The notes beneath the pieces are model-generated. The model was not told where the DNA came from. It worked only from the letters and a program-made list of their open reading frames with translations, and did no database searches. A stretch of DNA of 64,000 nt from Saccostrea echinata (lineage: Eukaryota), in the NCBI RefSeq assembly GCF_033153115.1, contig NW_026889803.1, positions 16,306,001-16,370,000 on the forward strand, written 5' to 3'. How positions within the stretch are numbered: position 1 is the first letter of the stretch; the number at the start of each line of letters is the position of its first letter. The position numbers and the translations under genes are program-made. Of this stretch, positions 12,865-25,322 are shown one piece after another.

Positions 12865-13130
12865 CAAATTGTAAGGCTGGAGTTACCTACCCATCAAATC
12901 CCTCCACAAGAACGGCTACTCCTGGAGTTAACTCCCCTTCACAACCTTATCCATACGGCACACAGTATAATACTGCATTTCAGTATGGAACAGAGGACCC
13001 AGACCGGAAGTATGACAAAGCTCCACCACCATACAACGCTTCAAATGGACAAAATAATGTAACTACTTTGTCTCCCTACCACACACAAGGAACCGTTTCA
13101 GTATCGAACATAAAAGTACCTCCCCCATAA
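12865..13130 (+). CDS. Copy 2 exon 4: Pro/Tyr-rich cytoplasmic tail (QYNTAFQYG, APPPY, ends KVPPP*). Full spliced protein 189 aa, CYYR1/WBP1/Shisa-like architecture
   Basis: ttttacag acceptor, open to TAA 13128-13130. Exons sum to 67+82+155+266=570 nt. Confidence 0.9.
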
Positions 13131-13786
13131 AAGGAAGGACGTGTGATATAGTACTTTGAAATCCTGAAACATGAAACTATAATTTTATATGAATATAATG
13201 TGTAAAACATAAATTGTACCATGTATACATTTGTGATTGTGAAATACATGTATATGCTCTGTCTTTCCTATGTATATGTCTATGCAAATCATATGTAACA
13301 GGTATTTTCATTTGAATTTATTTTTTAATACCCAAATAATTGTTATACTTTATCAAAGTTTATCAAAGTACTTTTTAATGAATAAACAACAATGAATTAG
13401 TTACCATTTTTTTCTTTATACATTCAATCTAAGCGACAAATTGTGTGTTTTAATGTTCATTTATTTACCAGAGTCAAGTAAATCAATTCAGTATTATTTG
13501 AATACGAATAAAATTTATTATTTCTTTCTTTGGTTTATTTTGAATTAGTGTACAAATACAGTAAAATTTGTTTATTACGAACTCGGATATAGCGAATTAA
13601 CGGAAATAGCGAACTGATTTTGTGTCCCCCAGGGGTTAAGATAACGAAATTTACATTTTTATAACAAATTTTCACAGATCTCAATGTTTAATTTAAAATA
13701 TTGAACTGACTTTACTTATGTAAATATTTTAAATTTGAAATTCAATTCCCCCGAAAATATTATTTGTTAAATGTATACGTCACTTT

Positions 13787-14098
13787 GTCGCCCGCGTGGC
13801 ACAGTGGTTAGGATCTAAAGCGGTTGCTCTAGAGTCGCGGAGTAAGGAGTTGATCCTTACATCGCGGGTTCGAATCCCATTGTGGGACGTGGAGACCGGT
13901 CCTTCGGATGAGACCGTATAAACCGAGGTCCCGTGTCGCAGTAGGTGCTGGCACGAAAAAGATCCCTCACTGCTCAATGGCCCTAAGTGCCGAGTATAGG
14001 TCAAAATTTGTAGCTCTCCATCGGCAAGTGGTGGCATCTCCATATGAGTGAAAAATTCTCGAGAGGGACGTTAAACAATAAACAAACAAACAAAAAAA
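13787..14098 (+). mobile_element. tRNA-derived SINE (family A), full length with 13-bp TSD
   Basis: A/B-box head (tggcacagtgg...ggttcgaatccc), Deu/Nin-like core ccttcggatgagaccgtataaaccgaggtcccg, tail (aaac)n, TSD tatacgtcacttt at 13774-13786 and 14099-14111. Confidence 0.92.
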
Positions 14099-14298
14099 TA
14101 TACGTCACTTTTGTAAAAAAAATTTAAAAAGATTTAAAGAAAGAAAGAAAGAAAGATTTTTAATGAAAACATACCCTATTCATCAATGGATCTTTAATTC
14201 AAACACTAAGAGCTCGTTCAGGAGGGTTTCCTTATAAGGCAAAAAGTATATTGACTTTTTATTGCATGATTGTTGTACTGTTCATTAATTGAAAAAAG

Positions 14299-14514
14299 TA
14301 ATGGTATCTAGATTCCTCAAACATCAAATGTACTAATTATTCTACAATGTACTAATTATTCTACAATAAACATTTTATATGATTTTTAGTAAACAGTGTT
14401 TTATGGTATTAATGGTATCTAGATTCCTCAAACATCAAATGTACTAATTATTCTACAATGTACTAATTATTCTACAATAAACATTTTATATGATTTTTAG
14501 TAAACAGTGTTTTA
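14299..14514. repeat. Two-copy tandem duplication (period 111 bp), each copy with an internal 19-bp duplication
   Basis: taatggtatctagattcctcaaacatcaaatgtactaattattctacaatgtactaattattctac... at 14299 and 14410. Confidence 0.9.
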
Positions 14515-14928
14515 ATTAAAAAAAAATAATCGCCCAATACCAAAAGCTTATCGATTCATTTTATGAACGAAAAAACATTTACAGTGTACCGTTCAGCACT
14601 CTTTACAATTAAATAATATGCATAGTTATACTGGAATTTCTGGTGAGATTTTTTGTAGAGAGAAAGCAAATTTAATTAACTTGAGTTTACTTTTTTGAAA
14701 AGTTGTAAAAGGTTTAGCCGATTTTTATAATATTGAGGAAAAAATCCCTTCCTTTTCCCATCTTTTGAATGTTTCTGGGCCGTCAAGAACAGACGCACCT
14801 ATTTGTTATGGGTTAATATTTCGTAACACATTTTCACACACAATGTAACTTGTTGACAAACTTTATGGTTCAAGTATTTAATCGAGAAACTACGTTTGTG
14901 AAATTGCTTCCTTGATTGAACACAAGAA

Positions 14929-14989
14929 ATGGCTGTGGACAAATCAATATATTTAGTTATTTTTTGGATATTACTAATGTTCCTAGAAG
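14929..14989 (+). CDS. Copy 3 (B-type) exon 1: signal peptide MAVDKSIYLVIFWILLMFLE
   Basis: 5' part of ORF 14929..15126. Phase-1 donor G|gtatct in the same position as in the paralogs. Confidence 0.85.
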
Positions 14990-16570
14990 GTATCTTGTCA
15001 TATCCGATAACCATATATTATTCTGAAATGAATTACGAACCAAGTATCATTTATTTAGGTCTTCTTCTGACAGTAAGGGTACCAGCTGCTGTTTATTCCT
15101 CAGCGGAAGCTCCTACTTTCATTTAACCTTTTCTGAAATTATATTTTTTAAATTTTAATTTCATAATTCATAATGAAAAAGACACATTTCTATAAATATA
15201 AGGAAGCACACACACCCTCAGATGTTTACTATTTATAGAAAGAGACTTGAAGATTCCAAAAGAAGTTAATTCCTGTAATTGAAACTTTGGAAAAATAGAA
15301 ACAGTAATAAAAAGGGGGGATCCATTTGACAAATATTAGTAAAAAATACACATGATCTAAAGAAATCAGGAAGGAAAATTACACAGCACACACACTTTTA
15401 CAATCACTGTCTGCTAGAATCATGTGTAGATATTTTAAATAATTTGTCCTCATTATTAAACCATGTGACCTATATAATAACACAAATTATATTGTAGGAT
15501 AGGAGAATTACAGGCTTTCTATATATGTGCGTCCGCTGCAACCTAACAGCCTAAGGTTATTGAACCTAATTGATTTGTTTGATTTTTTTGTCTTTTCTGT
15601 ATTTCGATTAATTTTTATGAAAATTGAATTAACAAAAGGGGTGTATATTTTAACTGTATTTATTTAGCGTGATAAAAACTGTAAAAATCATACTTACTAC
15701 CTACGAGTTGCGCTGATTATAACTTCTATCCCATAAGGAGTAGAATATCAAAACAATAAGGGATCGTGAACCCTGCATTTGTTTATGCCTCTATTGTTCA
15801 CGTCTAATTGTCTAAAATGTATGCCAAACGAACTCTTAACTGATTCATAATATTTCTTTCCTCGCTCTCTCTCTTCCTTATTTATCATTATTACTATTAA
15901 TATTATTATCATATTTAAAAAAATCATATTATTTTATGTCATATTATATTATACATAGTGTTTCAACAAATATGTCCCGATTTTGAGGTTTCCAAAAAAA
16001 GGTTATGATGTAATTATAAATATTATATAGAAGGAAATTTAGCAAAAATGTCAAGAATATAAGCGTACAATTTCATCAATAAAGCTTGATCATTAAGACA
16101 GGCATTTTTAAAACATTGACATCACTGACAGTTTTCGATTTGTCATTTTATAATGTCTTCCAAATGGCCGTCAGTTTCATTTCGTTTCTGAAGTTTTATA
16201 TTGCTAAAATTTGGACACATTTAAAAATTGTTTCCCAGAAAGATACTTCTCTTCTAAGTTCATCTTCATCGAAATCATATTCACCAGAATTGGGTTATCC
16301 CCTTTGCATAAAAAAATTAATAATATCAATATAGTTATCTCTTGTATCATCCTTTTATAAAACTGACATGATTTTTTATGATATAGTCAATACGTAAAAT
16401 GAACTAGCAGTATGTTTGAGCATAAAAAATTGTGTTTAGATCTATAATATATATTGAGGAAAAACATACGATAAAATACAGTTGTTGTTTTAGATATAGA
16501 CGCCCCCAAAAATTATATCTTATAATATTATTATGAATCGTAAATGAACACTTTAGATTTGTTTTAACAG

Positions 16571-16628
16571 ATTGTGATGGGAATTACAGATATTATAGTC
16601 CATATATGTATTCTTACAATAACTATAG
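16571..16628 (+). CDS. Copy 3 exon 2: DCDGNYRYYSPYMYSYNNYS (Tyr-rich ectodomain)
   Basis: ttttaacag acceptor, AG|gtaagt donor, 58 nt, phase 1 to phase 2. Confidence 0.82.
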
Positions 16629-16785
16629 GTAAGTGATATCTTTTATATATTAAACTTATCTAAATAATGATTATAATGCTTTGAGCTAACCGGAATAAAA
16701 TATAAATTAAAAAACATGACCTGTACCGCAAATCATACTTTTTTCTCTTTTAAATACACAAGAACTTTTTAATGGATATTGGAGA

Positions 16786-16950
16786 GTACTGTCCTTTCTG
16801 ACATATTTCATTTTGTCAAATAAAATCTGCAACATGACTATTTTAGTCATGTTGCAGATTTTATTTGACAAAATGAAATATGTCAGAAAGGACAGTACGT
16901 GACATTTTCAATATCAGTATATAAATACTGATATTGAAAATGCCACGTAC
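16786..16950. repeat. Two abutting hairpins (55-bp perfect arms with 3-nt loop; 26-bp arms with 4-nt loop)
   Basis: 16786-16840 is the exact reverse complement of 16844-16898. 16895-16920 pairs with 16925-16950 with one mismatch. Confidence 0.95.
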
Positions 16951-17015
16951 TTTTTTTTACCGTAATGTAATACAAATCAGTAAGGATGTTTAGATTTATG
17001 GCAATAATGGCTTAA

Positions 17016-17927
17016 GGAGGGATTCTTGTCTGGTTTCTGACTAGATGAAATATTCAAAGTATATTTGCTTATATGTTTTATATATTTAGATGTAAGAGAT
17101 TTAAAAGATCATATTTTTTCATCATCACAATTGTACAATTTTAAATAGAAATGGTAAACTGAGTTTGAAATCTAGCAGGAACTATATTTTTGGCGGAATG
17201 GCGGCGTATGAAAATATCTTTTTCTGCCTCTCAAAATTATTATAGAACAATGAATTTAGTTACACAATCAAAGACTGAAGAAATTAATTTTTAATTGTAA
17301 ATTAAATTAATAATAAGGGACTAAAGTCTTAAATATATCAAATAAATATGATTTTCCAAAAAAAACTACAATTATGTTAGCTTTTAAAAGCTTCCAATCT
17401 AAGTACAGATTTTAGCCAAAAATCCGTAAAAAGTGGGGTTTTTTTTCTCTCTTAGTAATTATAAACGATCAAAACTTCCTATTTTATATCATTTTGTATC
17501 TTTATGTGACATCTTCACCATATGTGAAAATAAGAAAAATTTAAATATAGGAAGCATATAAAAATAACTAAATATCCTAAAAATGTAAGAAAAATCTAGA
17601 AAAATCGGATTAGCCAATATCCATTTTAGTTAAATTATTTATGTCAATTTGGTACTATCATCTTATAGACCCTATATGGTAATATCTCTTTATGCAAAAA
17701 GAAAAACATTTAATCTTTTGAACTAGAAGTAGTCATCGCATGATTGGCAACAGTAATTTTTTATTCTTAATGTCCAGAGAAAAGTTAATGACCTTGACCT
17801 GACCTTGCCTCTAATATAAAAAGGTCAGATTTAATCTAACTGATACCATCACTTAATGATATTGTGCTCTTGATTCTGTGAAATTTCATTGATTTTTGAA
17901 TACTAGAAATATGAGAAGAATCCCTCC
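17016..17927. mobile_element. Kolobok-like non-autonomous element in intron 2 of copy 3
   Basis: TIR ggagggattctt / aagaatccctcc, TTAA on both flanks. Confidence 0.8.
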
Positions 17928-17973
17928 TTAACAAAAACTAATGTTTCGTCATACAGTTAATTGTTATTTTTAG

Positions 17974-18134
17974 TTCCAGTGGCGGATTAATTGGTGGAAT
18001 CATGACAAGCATTGGGTTTTCTATCATTATACTTTTTACCATCATATGCTGCTGCTGTAAAGGAAGTAAAGCAAATACTAACACTCGTAGTGTGATGTAC
18101 TTGCATTCAGGAAACCAACAGAGGATAGTAACAT
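17974..18134 (+). CDS. Copy 3 exon 3: SSGGLIGGIMTSIGFSIIILFTIICCCCKGSKANTNTRSVMYLHSGNQQRIVT
   Basis: tttttag acceptor, T|gtaggt donor, 161 nt open, TM helix + CCCC. Confidence 0.9.
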
Positions 18135-18490
18135 GTAGGTTCTTATACTGAAACATCATTCCTTCCGAATTAATGCATACTATGTATGCCTATAATAGTC
18201 TATAAATACGTGCAATCTGATGACAACCGCAATTCTTTCCGGCTAAAGTTTGACAACTGTACATTTTTTTAATGGTAAACAGGTGTTAACAAGATATATT
18301 GAAACGTTAAAAATCTTTCTCCTATGTCGAGGTACACAGATGATTCTTTAACATATGGAACTTGAGATTAACATATTCAGGATTGAGAAAATTACAATCC
18401 TGTCAACCCCTTAGAAGAGATGTATTAAAACTGAAACAGCGCATCCAAGTAATGAAATCCTAATAATTATTATGTCGTTTAATTTTACAG

Positions 18491-18765
18491 CAAATAGAAA
18501 TGTCGGAATTCACTACCCAGCACATCCCGATACAGCAAATTCTGCTGCCGGAGTTTATTCCCCTGCACAACTTTCTTCATACTATGGACAATATAACACT
18601 GCTTTTCAATATGGAATTGAACTGCCAGATCAGAAATTTGATACTGCTCCTCTTCCACCATCATATGAATCAGTGGTTGATCAAAATAGAGTGATGCCCC
18701 CTCCTTATCCAACGCAGGAAGAAAATGCGTCAAACATGACAGATCCCCCACCATATAAAGCATAA
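18491..18765 (+). CDS. Copy 3 exon 4: tail with QYNTAFQYG and three PPxY motifs (PPSY, PPPY, PPPY). Full spliced protein 184 aa
   Basis: 3' part of ORF 18472..18765, ttttacag acceptor. Exons sum to 61+58+161+275=555 nt. Confidence 0.92.
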
Positions 18766-19150
18766 CGTGAATTTTAAATTTTTCATTAGTTATCCCTGTC
18801 TGAGACATACTTATACTATTATTTATGCATTAATTACATTGTACATGTATTTGGTTTTGTACGTATTATGATATTTTTCTATTTGAATCCATTCAGTATG
18901 TATACATTTTTTATTTATCTTTGATTAGGAACATTAAAATTTTTCACTCATGTTGGAAAACTACCATTGCAGTGAAAGGCTGCGAATTTAGACCTGAAAT
19001 AGCTGAAATTGCATGAACTCCCTGGCCAAGTTCAAATCCAAGAATTCAATTGTAGAAGTTGAAAGAATTGTGTTCTTTTTAGACAAACCTATCTTTAGCC
19101 ATATTCAAAACTGTATGCATACTCAACACAAAAAAGAAAACAATTTAGTA

Positions 19151-20357
19151 TACTCAACAAAAAATGTTCAGGGTTATGAAAATCTTCATTCATAATTTCT
19201 ATATTGAAAAAGTATATTTAATCAAAATAAATCGTAAAGTTTCTTCTGTAAAGTAACAACACATCTGATAAAAAAAAATAATGGTAAATGTTCACTTGGA
19301 CAAAAAAAAAAACAAGACCAACAATTATGGACATCCTCCTTATCAGAGTGAATTTCCATATCCAGTAATTGCATAATTTGTTTAATTCAAAAACAGCAAT
19401 TGATCCAACAAATGTTAAAACTTTGTGTGGCCTCGAATAACAACCCTACATTGCCTGGGGAAACTTCGAATGAGTGAACTGATGGTCCTTTGGGGAATGC
19501 AATCCCATTCCTCTTAAAGAGCAACTTCAAGTTCATTGATATTGGATGGAGCAGAAGGATTCTTCGGTCTACACACTCGACGCCTTCCATTATTAAAATC
19601 CACACAGAATTTGGATGAAAAGAGTACAGATCTCAAGTGACGCATTTGACAATTTGCATGTTCTCGTGCAAACTCCAGTCTCTTTACTCTGTTGTCTGCA
19701 GTCAAAATTGAGCGTGTGGCAGGCCATCTTGCTTTCAAGTTAGCTTCACGAAGCCTATTCCTGCAAGTTTGATTAGAAATGTTTACTCCATGTGTGTTGC
19801 AAAAGTCCCTGTTTAAGGCAACAGCCGAGTTGAATCAGTTTCGCTTTGCTTGCAGTACAAGTTGGCGGTCCTGCCGGGTGGTCGTACATCGTAGTCTTCC
19901 AATCCGAGGCCTTTCCTGGACTGATTCTGTTTCCTGAAATCTCTGCCACAAACGACCAATGATGTTTTGTGACCTGCTCATCAATATAGCAACTGCATTC
20001 CAGTTTGTAGCATCCCTATGGCCCTACCAGCTTCCTGTACATTTAGACGTCGTCTTTGATACATCACCTGTAAATCATTTGTGTATAAAAGATGTTTAAT
20101 TGTCCTTATTTATTGTCAGTATGAAGTATTGACAGCAGTACATAAAGACATGCTTACCAGTTTTAGTATGCAATGCTGACTAGGGTTAAGAATTTTCCAT
20201 TTGGCTTCGAACACGAGGACTGATAAGTCAGTGAAGTGTAACAAACATTTGTTGTTATGGTTAATCATACACATCATTTTAAAATAAGTTTCAAAATTGC
20301 GAATTTTTGAATTTAACTGTATGATATATAAGCCTTAACTTTTTTTTGTTGAGAATA
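19151..20357 (-). mobile_element. Decayed Tc1/mariner transposon
   Basis: Imperfect TIR tactcaacaaaaaatgttcaggg / ccttaactttttttgttgagaata. Transposase fragments (ORF 19514..19738: KRLEFAREHANCQ...SVLFSSKF...GRRRVCR) are frameshifted. Confidence 0.8.
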
Positions 20358-20399
20358 CCGAGTTTTTTTTACTCTTATAACTGTTAGAAACTCCATAAA

Positions 20400-20763
20400 A
20401 ATCCGATATCCAGTAGCATAAATAATGATGGCTGGTAACAAACTTCACAGATAACTTTGAGAAAACACGAGGAATTTATGATGAAAGATCCAATAGAAGA
20501 TGGTACAAAAAAACAAACAGAAAGACCATTGATTAAAAAAAAATGTTTAAAAACACAATGAATTTTTCCAGTGACTACTTACATGTATCCTTAACCATGA
20601 AAAAAAAATAACATTATAGAGTAAACTGCTTTGATATATGTCACTCAACAGCAAATTCTATGGCTGGAGTTACAAATCCTTCAAAACCCTCTGCAAAATG
20701 GCTACTACTGGAGTTAACTTCTCATCACACCCTTATCCATAAAGCACATAGTATTATTCTGCC
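20400..20763 (+). pseudogene. A-type relic: end of intron 3 and 5' half of exon 4, cut off at the BEL LTR
   Basis: cag|caaattctatggctggagttacaaatccttcaaaacc...gctactactggagttaac...ccttatccat aligns with 7548 and 12865. The upstream intron sequence matches 7330-7545. Confidence 0.8.
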
Positions 20764-22620
20764 TGCATATCACAGATTGTATAACCACACACAAAAATCA
20801 GTGCATCGATTTATTGTGTTAACGGTTAAGAACTGAAACAAAACAAAAAAAAAATAGAATAACCCAACAGTTACATGATAAATAGTATCAATATATAACT
20901 ATAGACATAGCATAAACTGTGTAATAAGTAGTAAATAAACATATTCAAAAGGTAAATAGAAATAAAGATTCACCATAAATCCAAAATATAAAGTTTTGAC
21001 ATAAGTGGGTTTCCATTGAAAAATGTTATTACGTACTCCAGTTTTATGCTTAATGATTATGACAATTACAGTGTTCCATACTTTTAAGAGATAACAATAG
21101 ATATACCTAACATTCAAATTACAAACATTCTACACAAAAAGAGTTTAACTATGATAAATATCCGCGTAATAAATATTTACAGCACAAGTTTACTTAAAGT
21201 GTGTGGTAGCATACATCAGAAATATAGACATATGACAAAAGTGTCCTTGTGTGGGTCACACAAAGGAATAAAACAGGAGTCAATAGGAAGTGATGTTTAT
21301 CTTAAGAAAATTAACTCTAAAAGTTCAAACAAGATATAACTCTAGATACTATAAAAGAAAACTATTTGATTAAAAAAAAAATAACTCTAACTATGAAATA
21401 AATAATTTAGGCAACGTAATATACATATAAATAGAATGTTCATAAACATTACACTCCCCATCTAATATCTGAGGATATCACTATGAAAACCTAGTTACAT
21501 AAAATTCTTCAATTTAACAAATAACAGTTTCGAAGAATCTGGTACATTGTTACATGAAATTACACTGCAATCAGAAGCACAGCCTCTGTAACTGGACGCG
21601 TATTAAACACATTATTACCGTCTCTATTCACACGAAGTCCTCCTTTTCGGATTTTCTTGTCAGATTCACTTCGGTACATTTGTTCCACCACTGACATCTT
21701 CCAGTCGCAACGATGCACTGAGTTATCTTTCAGTAATACAACATCACAGACGGATAAATTTCTCTGGTTATGTGTCCACTTCTGTCAACTATGCAGCGTT
21801 ACTAAGAATTCTTTACGCCATCGTTTCCCGAATAGGTCTGCAAGTAGTTGAACTCTCTTCCACTGTGCCTTGAATGCATCCTTCTCCTCAAAGGGTTCAA
21901 GTAGTTTTCCACTTTTGTCCGTCTTCTGGGTCAAAAGAGTGTATGGAGTTAGTATGAATGGATAGTCTGGGTCCGTTGAAATTGGCACGAGCAGTCTTGA
22001 GTTTATTATAGCGCTTGTCTCTGCCATGAATATAACAAGGCTTTCATGTGTCAACTTCTTTGCAGTACAAATCTATCAACAGAAGTATAGGATCCGTCTC
22101 GTAAGGCCTATCATCCTTTCCCATGCGGGATGAGTATGGTGGGATGAAGATCCATGCGGTTCTGTTGTCCAAAAGAAACTTTTTGACAGGTCTATCTTCC
22201 ACGTTCATCACATCGATTCCTAGACTTTCTGTTACCCCAAGAAATTTGTGCTACGTTCCGATCTGAACTTTTTAACATGGCCTCTTACTGCAATGAATCT
22301 TCTCCCCAAGGTCCAAAGGTATCTACCCCTTAACTTGAGAATAGTGGTCCAGGTGGCATTCGATCATGAGGTAAGTCTGACATGATCTGATGTTCGGGTT
22401 TTCTTATCATCTTTCTGCATGTCACACAGTTGAATATAACTGAATATACTATTCGTTTTGCTTCTGTTATTCAATAGCCTGCGGATCTGATAGCGCCCTC
22501 TGTGAAATGGCGTCCTTGATGTTTAGTGACCTGGTGATAATGGCGCACCAAAAGCAGAGCTATGTGTTGCTTGCTAGGAATAATGGTAGGGTTTCTCTCG
22601 TTGATGTTCAACTCTGATTT

Positions 22621-22945
22621 ACCGTTCACGGTAGCTCAGTCAGTAGAGCGCTCGCTTCGTGATCGGGAGGTCGTGAGTTCGAATCTCGGCCGCGGGTAGC
22701 AACTTTTCCTTCGCAATGCGCTCGTCACTTTGAAGTGAAAGTTGCGGGTCCTTCGGATGAGACCTTAAAAACCGAGGCCCCGTGTCACGGCAGACGTTGG
22801 CACGATAAGATCCCTCACTGCTCAATGGCCCTGAGTGCCGAGTAAAGGTCAAAATTTGAAGCCCTTCACCGGTATATGGAGAGGTCTCTATATGAGTGAA
22901 AAATTCTCGAATGGGACGTAAAACAACATACAATCAATCAATCAA
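22621..22945 (+). mobile_element. tRNA-derived SINE (family B, tRNA-Thr(CGT)-like head) inserted in BEL pol, 13-bp TSD
   Basis: Head ggtagctcagtcagtagagcg...gagttcgaatctc, same core as family A, (caat)n tail, TSD tcaactctgattt at 22608-22620 and 22946-22958. Confidence 0.92.
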
Positions 22946-25322
22946 TCAACTCTGATTTTGTTAATCGGCCCCCTACACGCAAGATACTATTACAGTCTAT
23001 GAAGGAGTTCAATTTTACAAGTGAATTGTTGTTATTAAGTTCTGGACCTTCTCTAATACATTTGATTTCTTCTCGAAACAATTCTCTTTGGACCTCTCTG
23101 ATGATGTGTTTCTCTGTTTCAAGATAAAGGTCAACATTATTTGCCTTGTTGCAGATATGCCAACCTTTGCATGGTGCTGTTCCACTGCAACATCTTTCCA
23201 TATTTTTTTTCCATCCCTGAAACCAAACTATTCCATGTTGAGTAGTTTACTAGTCTCTTGGTTCCCATGAGAGAATCTCCAATGTGTAGCTTTTTAACTG
23301 TCACGGCTGGTCTAATCTCATTATCAATCTCGAAATCTATGAGATCATATTCCAATGGAACTAGTTTATCTGTATTCCAGATGTGTCTTGGTCTTAACTG
23401 CTAAGAAACCATCGTTTTGGACCAAAGAACCAGGGACCATGTTTCATATTTTCATCCAAGATGAGTTTAGTTGCCTGATCTGCAGGCTTATATTCTGAAG
23501 GCACATATCTCCATTGCTCTGTTGATGAGACTTTGCTCAACTCTGTTGCGTTGCTAACGTAAGTGTAAAATCTTCTTGTTGTATTGTAGATATAGCCAAG
23601 GACAACTTTACTATCTGTATGGAAATGAATTTCTTTCGGTTCGATGTCCAACTGGTCTTTGATGATTTAAGAGATTTCAGTGCCAAGTATAGCAGCACAT
23701 AACTCCAGACGAGGCGTGGTAAGTGCTTTTTTAGGTGCCACTTTTCCTTTCCCAAGTACAAAACCTTGATGCAAACTGCCATCTTAATCTTTCGCTCTAA
23801 TAAAGGCAACTGCGGCGATCGCATCTCCTGACACATCTGTTAAAACGTTGGACATCTTTCCTAATGAGACTCTCACTTGATACAGAAAGATAAGGACGAG
23901 GAATTTCCACGTTCTAAAGATGTAGCAGTTGTTGTTTCCACTCTTTCCACTCCTCCTGGTATTGTTCAGGTAGATGTTGATCTCAATCTGTAGATTCTAA
24001 AGTTAACTTTCTCAGCAACAGTTTACCTTTAATGAGAACTGGTGCTACAAATTCTAGGGGATCATAGAAGCTACTAACACAAGACAGTGTATTGCTTCTC
24101 GTCTAAGGAGAGTCTGAATGTAAATAAATTCGTTCTTAGATTCCAGTTTATCCCTAAACTTCGTGAATGGGAAGTTTATCTTTCAAGAGATCAAGCGACA
24201 TCAGGTCTTTTGCAAGGTCTTCAGAAGGAAAGTGTTTCATTACATCACTGCTGTTGGATACAAATTTGTGAAGCAAAAGACCTCCTTCTTCCGACAAAGA
24301 TTGCTGTGTTCTCTTCATCAAGCTGACGATTTTCTCTGCAAATGACATAGAAATCAAACCGTCGTCAATATAAAAAATGCGCTCCATAAAATTGCGGACG
24401 TCACTTCAATGGGTAGCTTCAGCATGCTGTGCACTCCTTCTAAGCTCATATGTAGCAATAGCGGGTGAATGACTATTGCCAAAAAGATGAACGCACATCC
24501 GGTATTCTACCAACTGCTTGTGCGGATCGTTGTCTAAGTACCAGAAGAAACGTAAGTAATTTCTGTGATCTTCTCGCACCTTGAAACAATGAAACATCTG
24601 CTGTATATCGACCATAATACCAATATCATCAAGTCTGAACACCAAGTAGACTGTTCGTCAGATCAGGGCCGCATTGAAGCACATAATTTAACGATACGCC
24701 ATGTGTGCAGATAAATCAAACACCATGCATTCTTACTTAGTCTGGTCTCTTAGGATGGAAAACGCTGAAAATGGGTAAGTACCAGAACCAGTCAGTGTAC
24801 TTTAATGATGGTGCTAGCTCTACATATTGTGCATCAAAAATGCTCTTCGTGAAGGCAACTGCATGTTCACACTTCACTGTGTTCTTCACGGAATTGATAA
24901 TAGATAAAAAAACCTTAATAGTGGTTATAGGTATTTTGTTTTGGGCACTAACATAATTAACTTGTATGCAATTAATGCAAGAGATGATGAGAGGAGAATT
25001 ACGTAGCTTAAATTACATTATTCGTGAGGGTTAGTACCTCCTTTCAATCTCATTTTCTGAAGGAATAATAAGGAAAAAAAATATTCCGGAGGGAAAACTA
25101 AGCAAGAGTTGGTCAATGTGGGAAGGGAGGGGATGGAGGGTAGGGTGGTTGCCGTTCCCTTCCTCGACATCATAATATATGCTTTGAAATGGCCCATTAT
25201 TATCGTTTTATTAACTGTTAAAGGTGCTTGGACACAGATTTGAAGTTAATATTTTCTCAAATTTTCTGTATAATTTCATGACTTATATGTTGCTATAGCA
25301 TTTCATACTAAAATATAATAAA

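Noticed and set aside
13787-13890. tRNA-like sequences here and at 22621-22696
   Set aside because: They are SINE heads with imperfect stems, followed by SINE core, tail and TSD. They are not tRNA genes.
13780-14043. Recurrent ORFs 'LQILTYTRH..PLSSEG' (also 22640, 55134, 61742)
   Set aside because: Antisense translations of SINE copies.
17938-18159. Minus-strand ORFs 17938..18159 and 42741..42965 that resemble each other
   Set aside because: They are antisense shadows of the + strand TM exons, which carry the splice signals.
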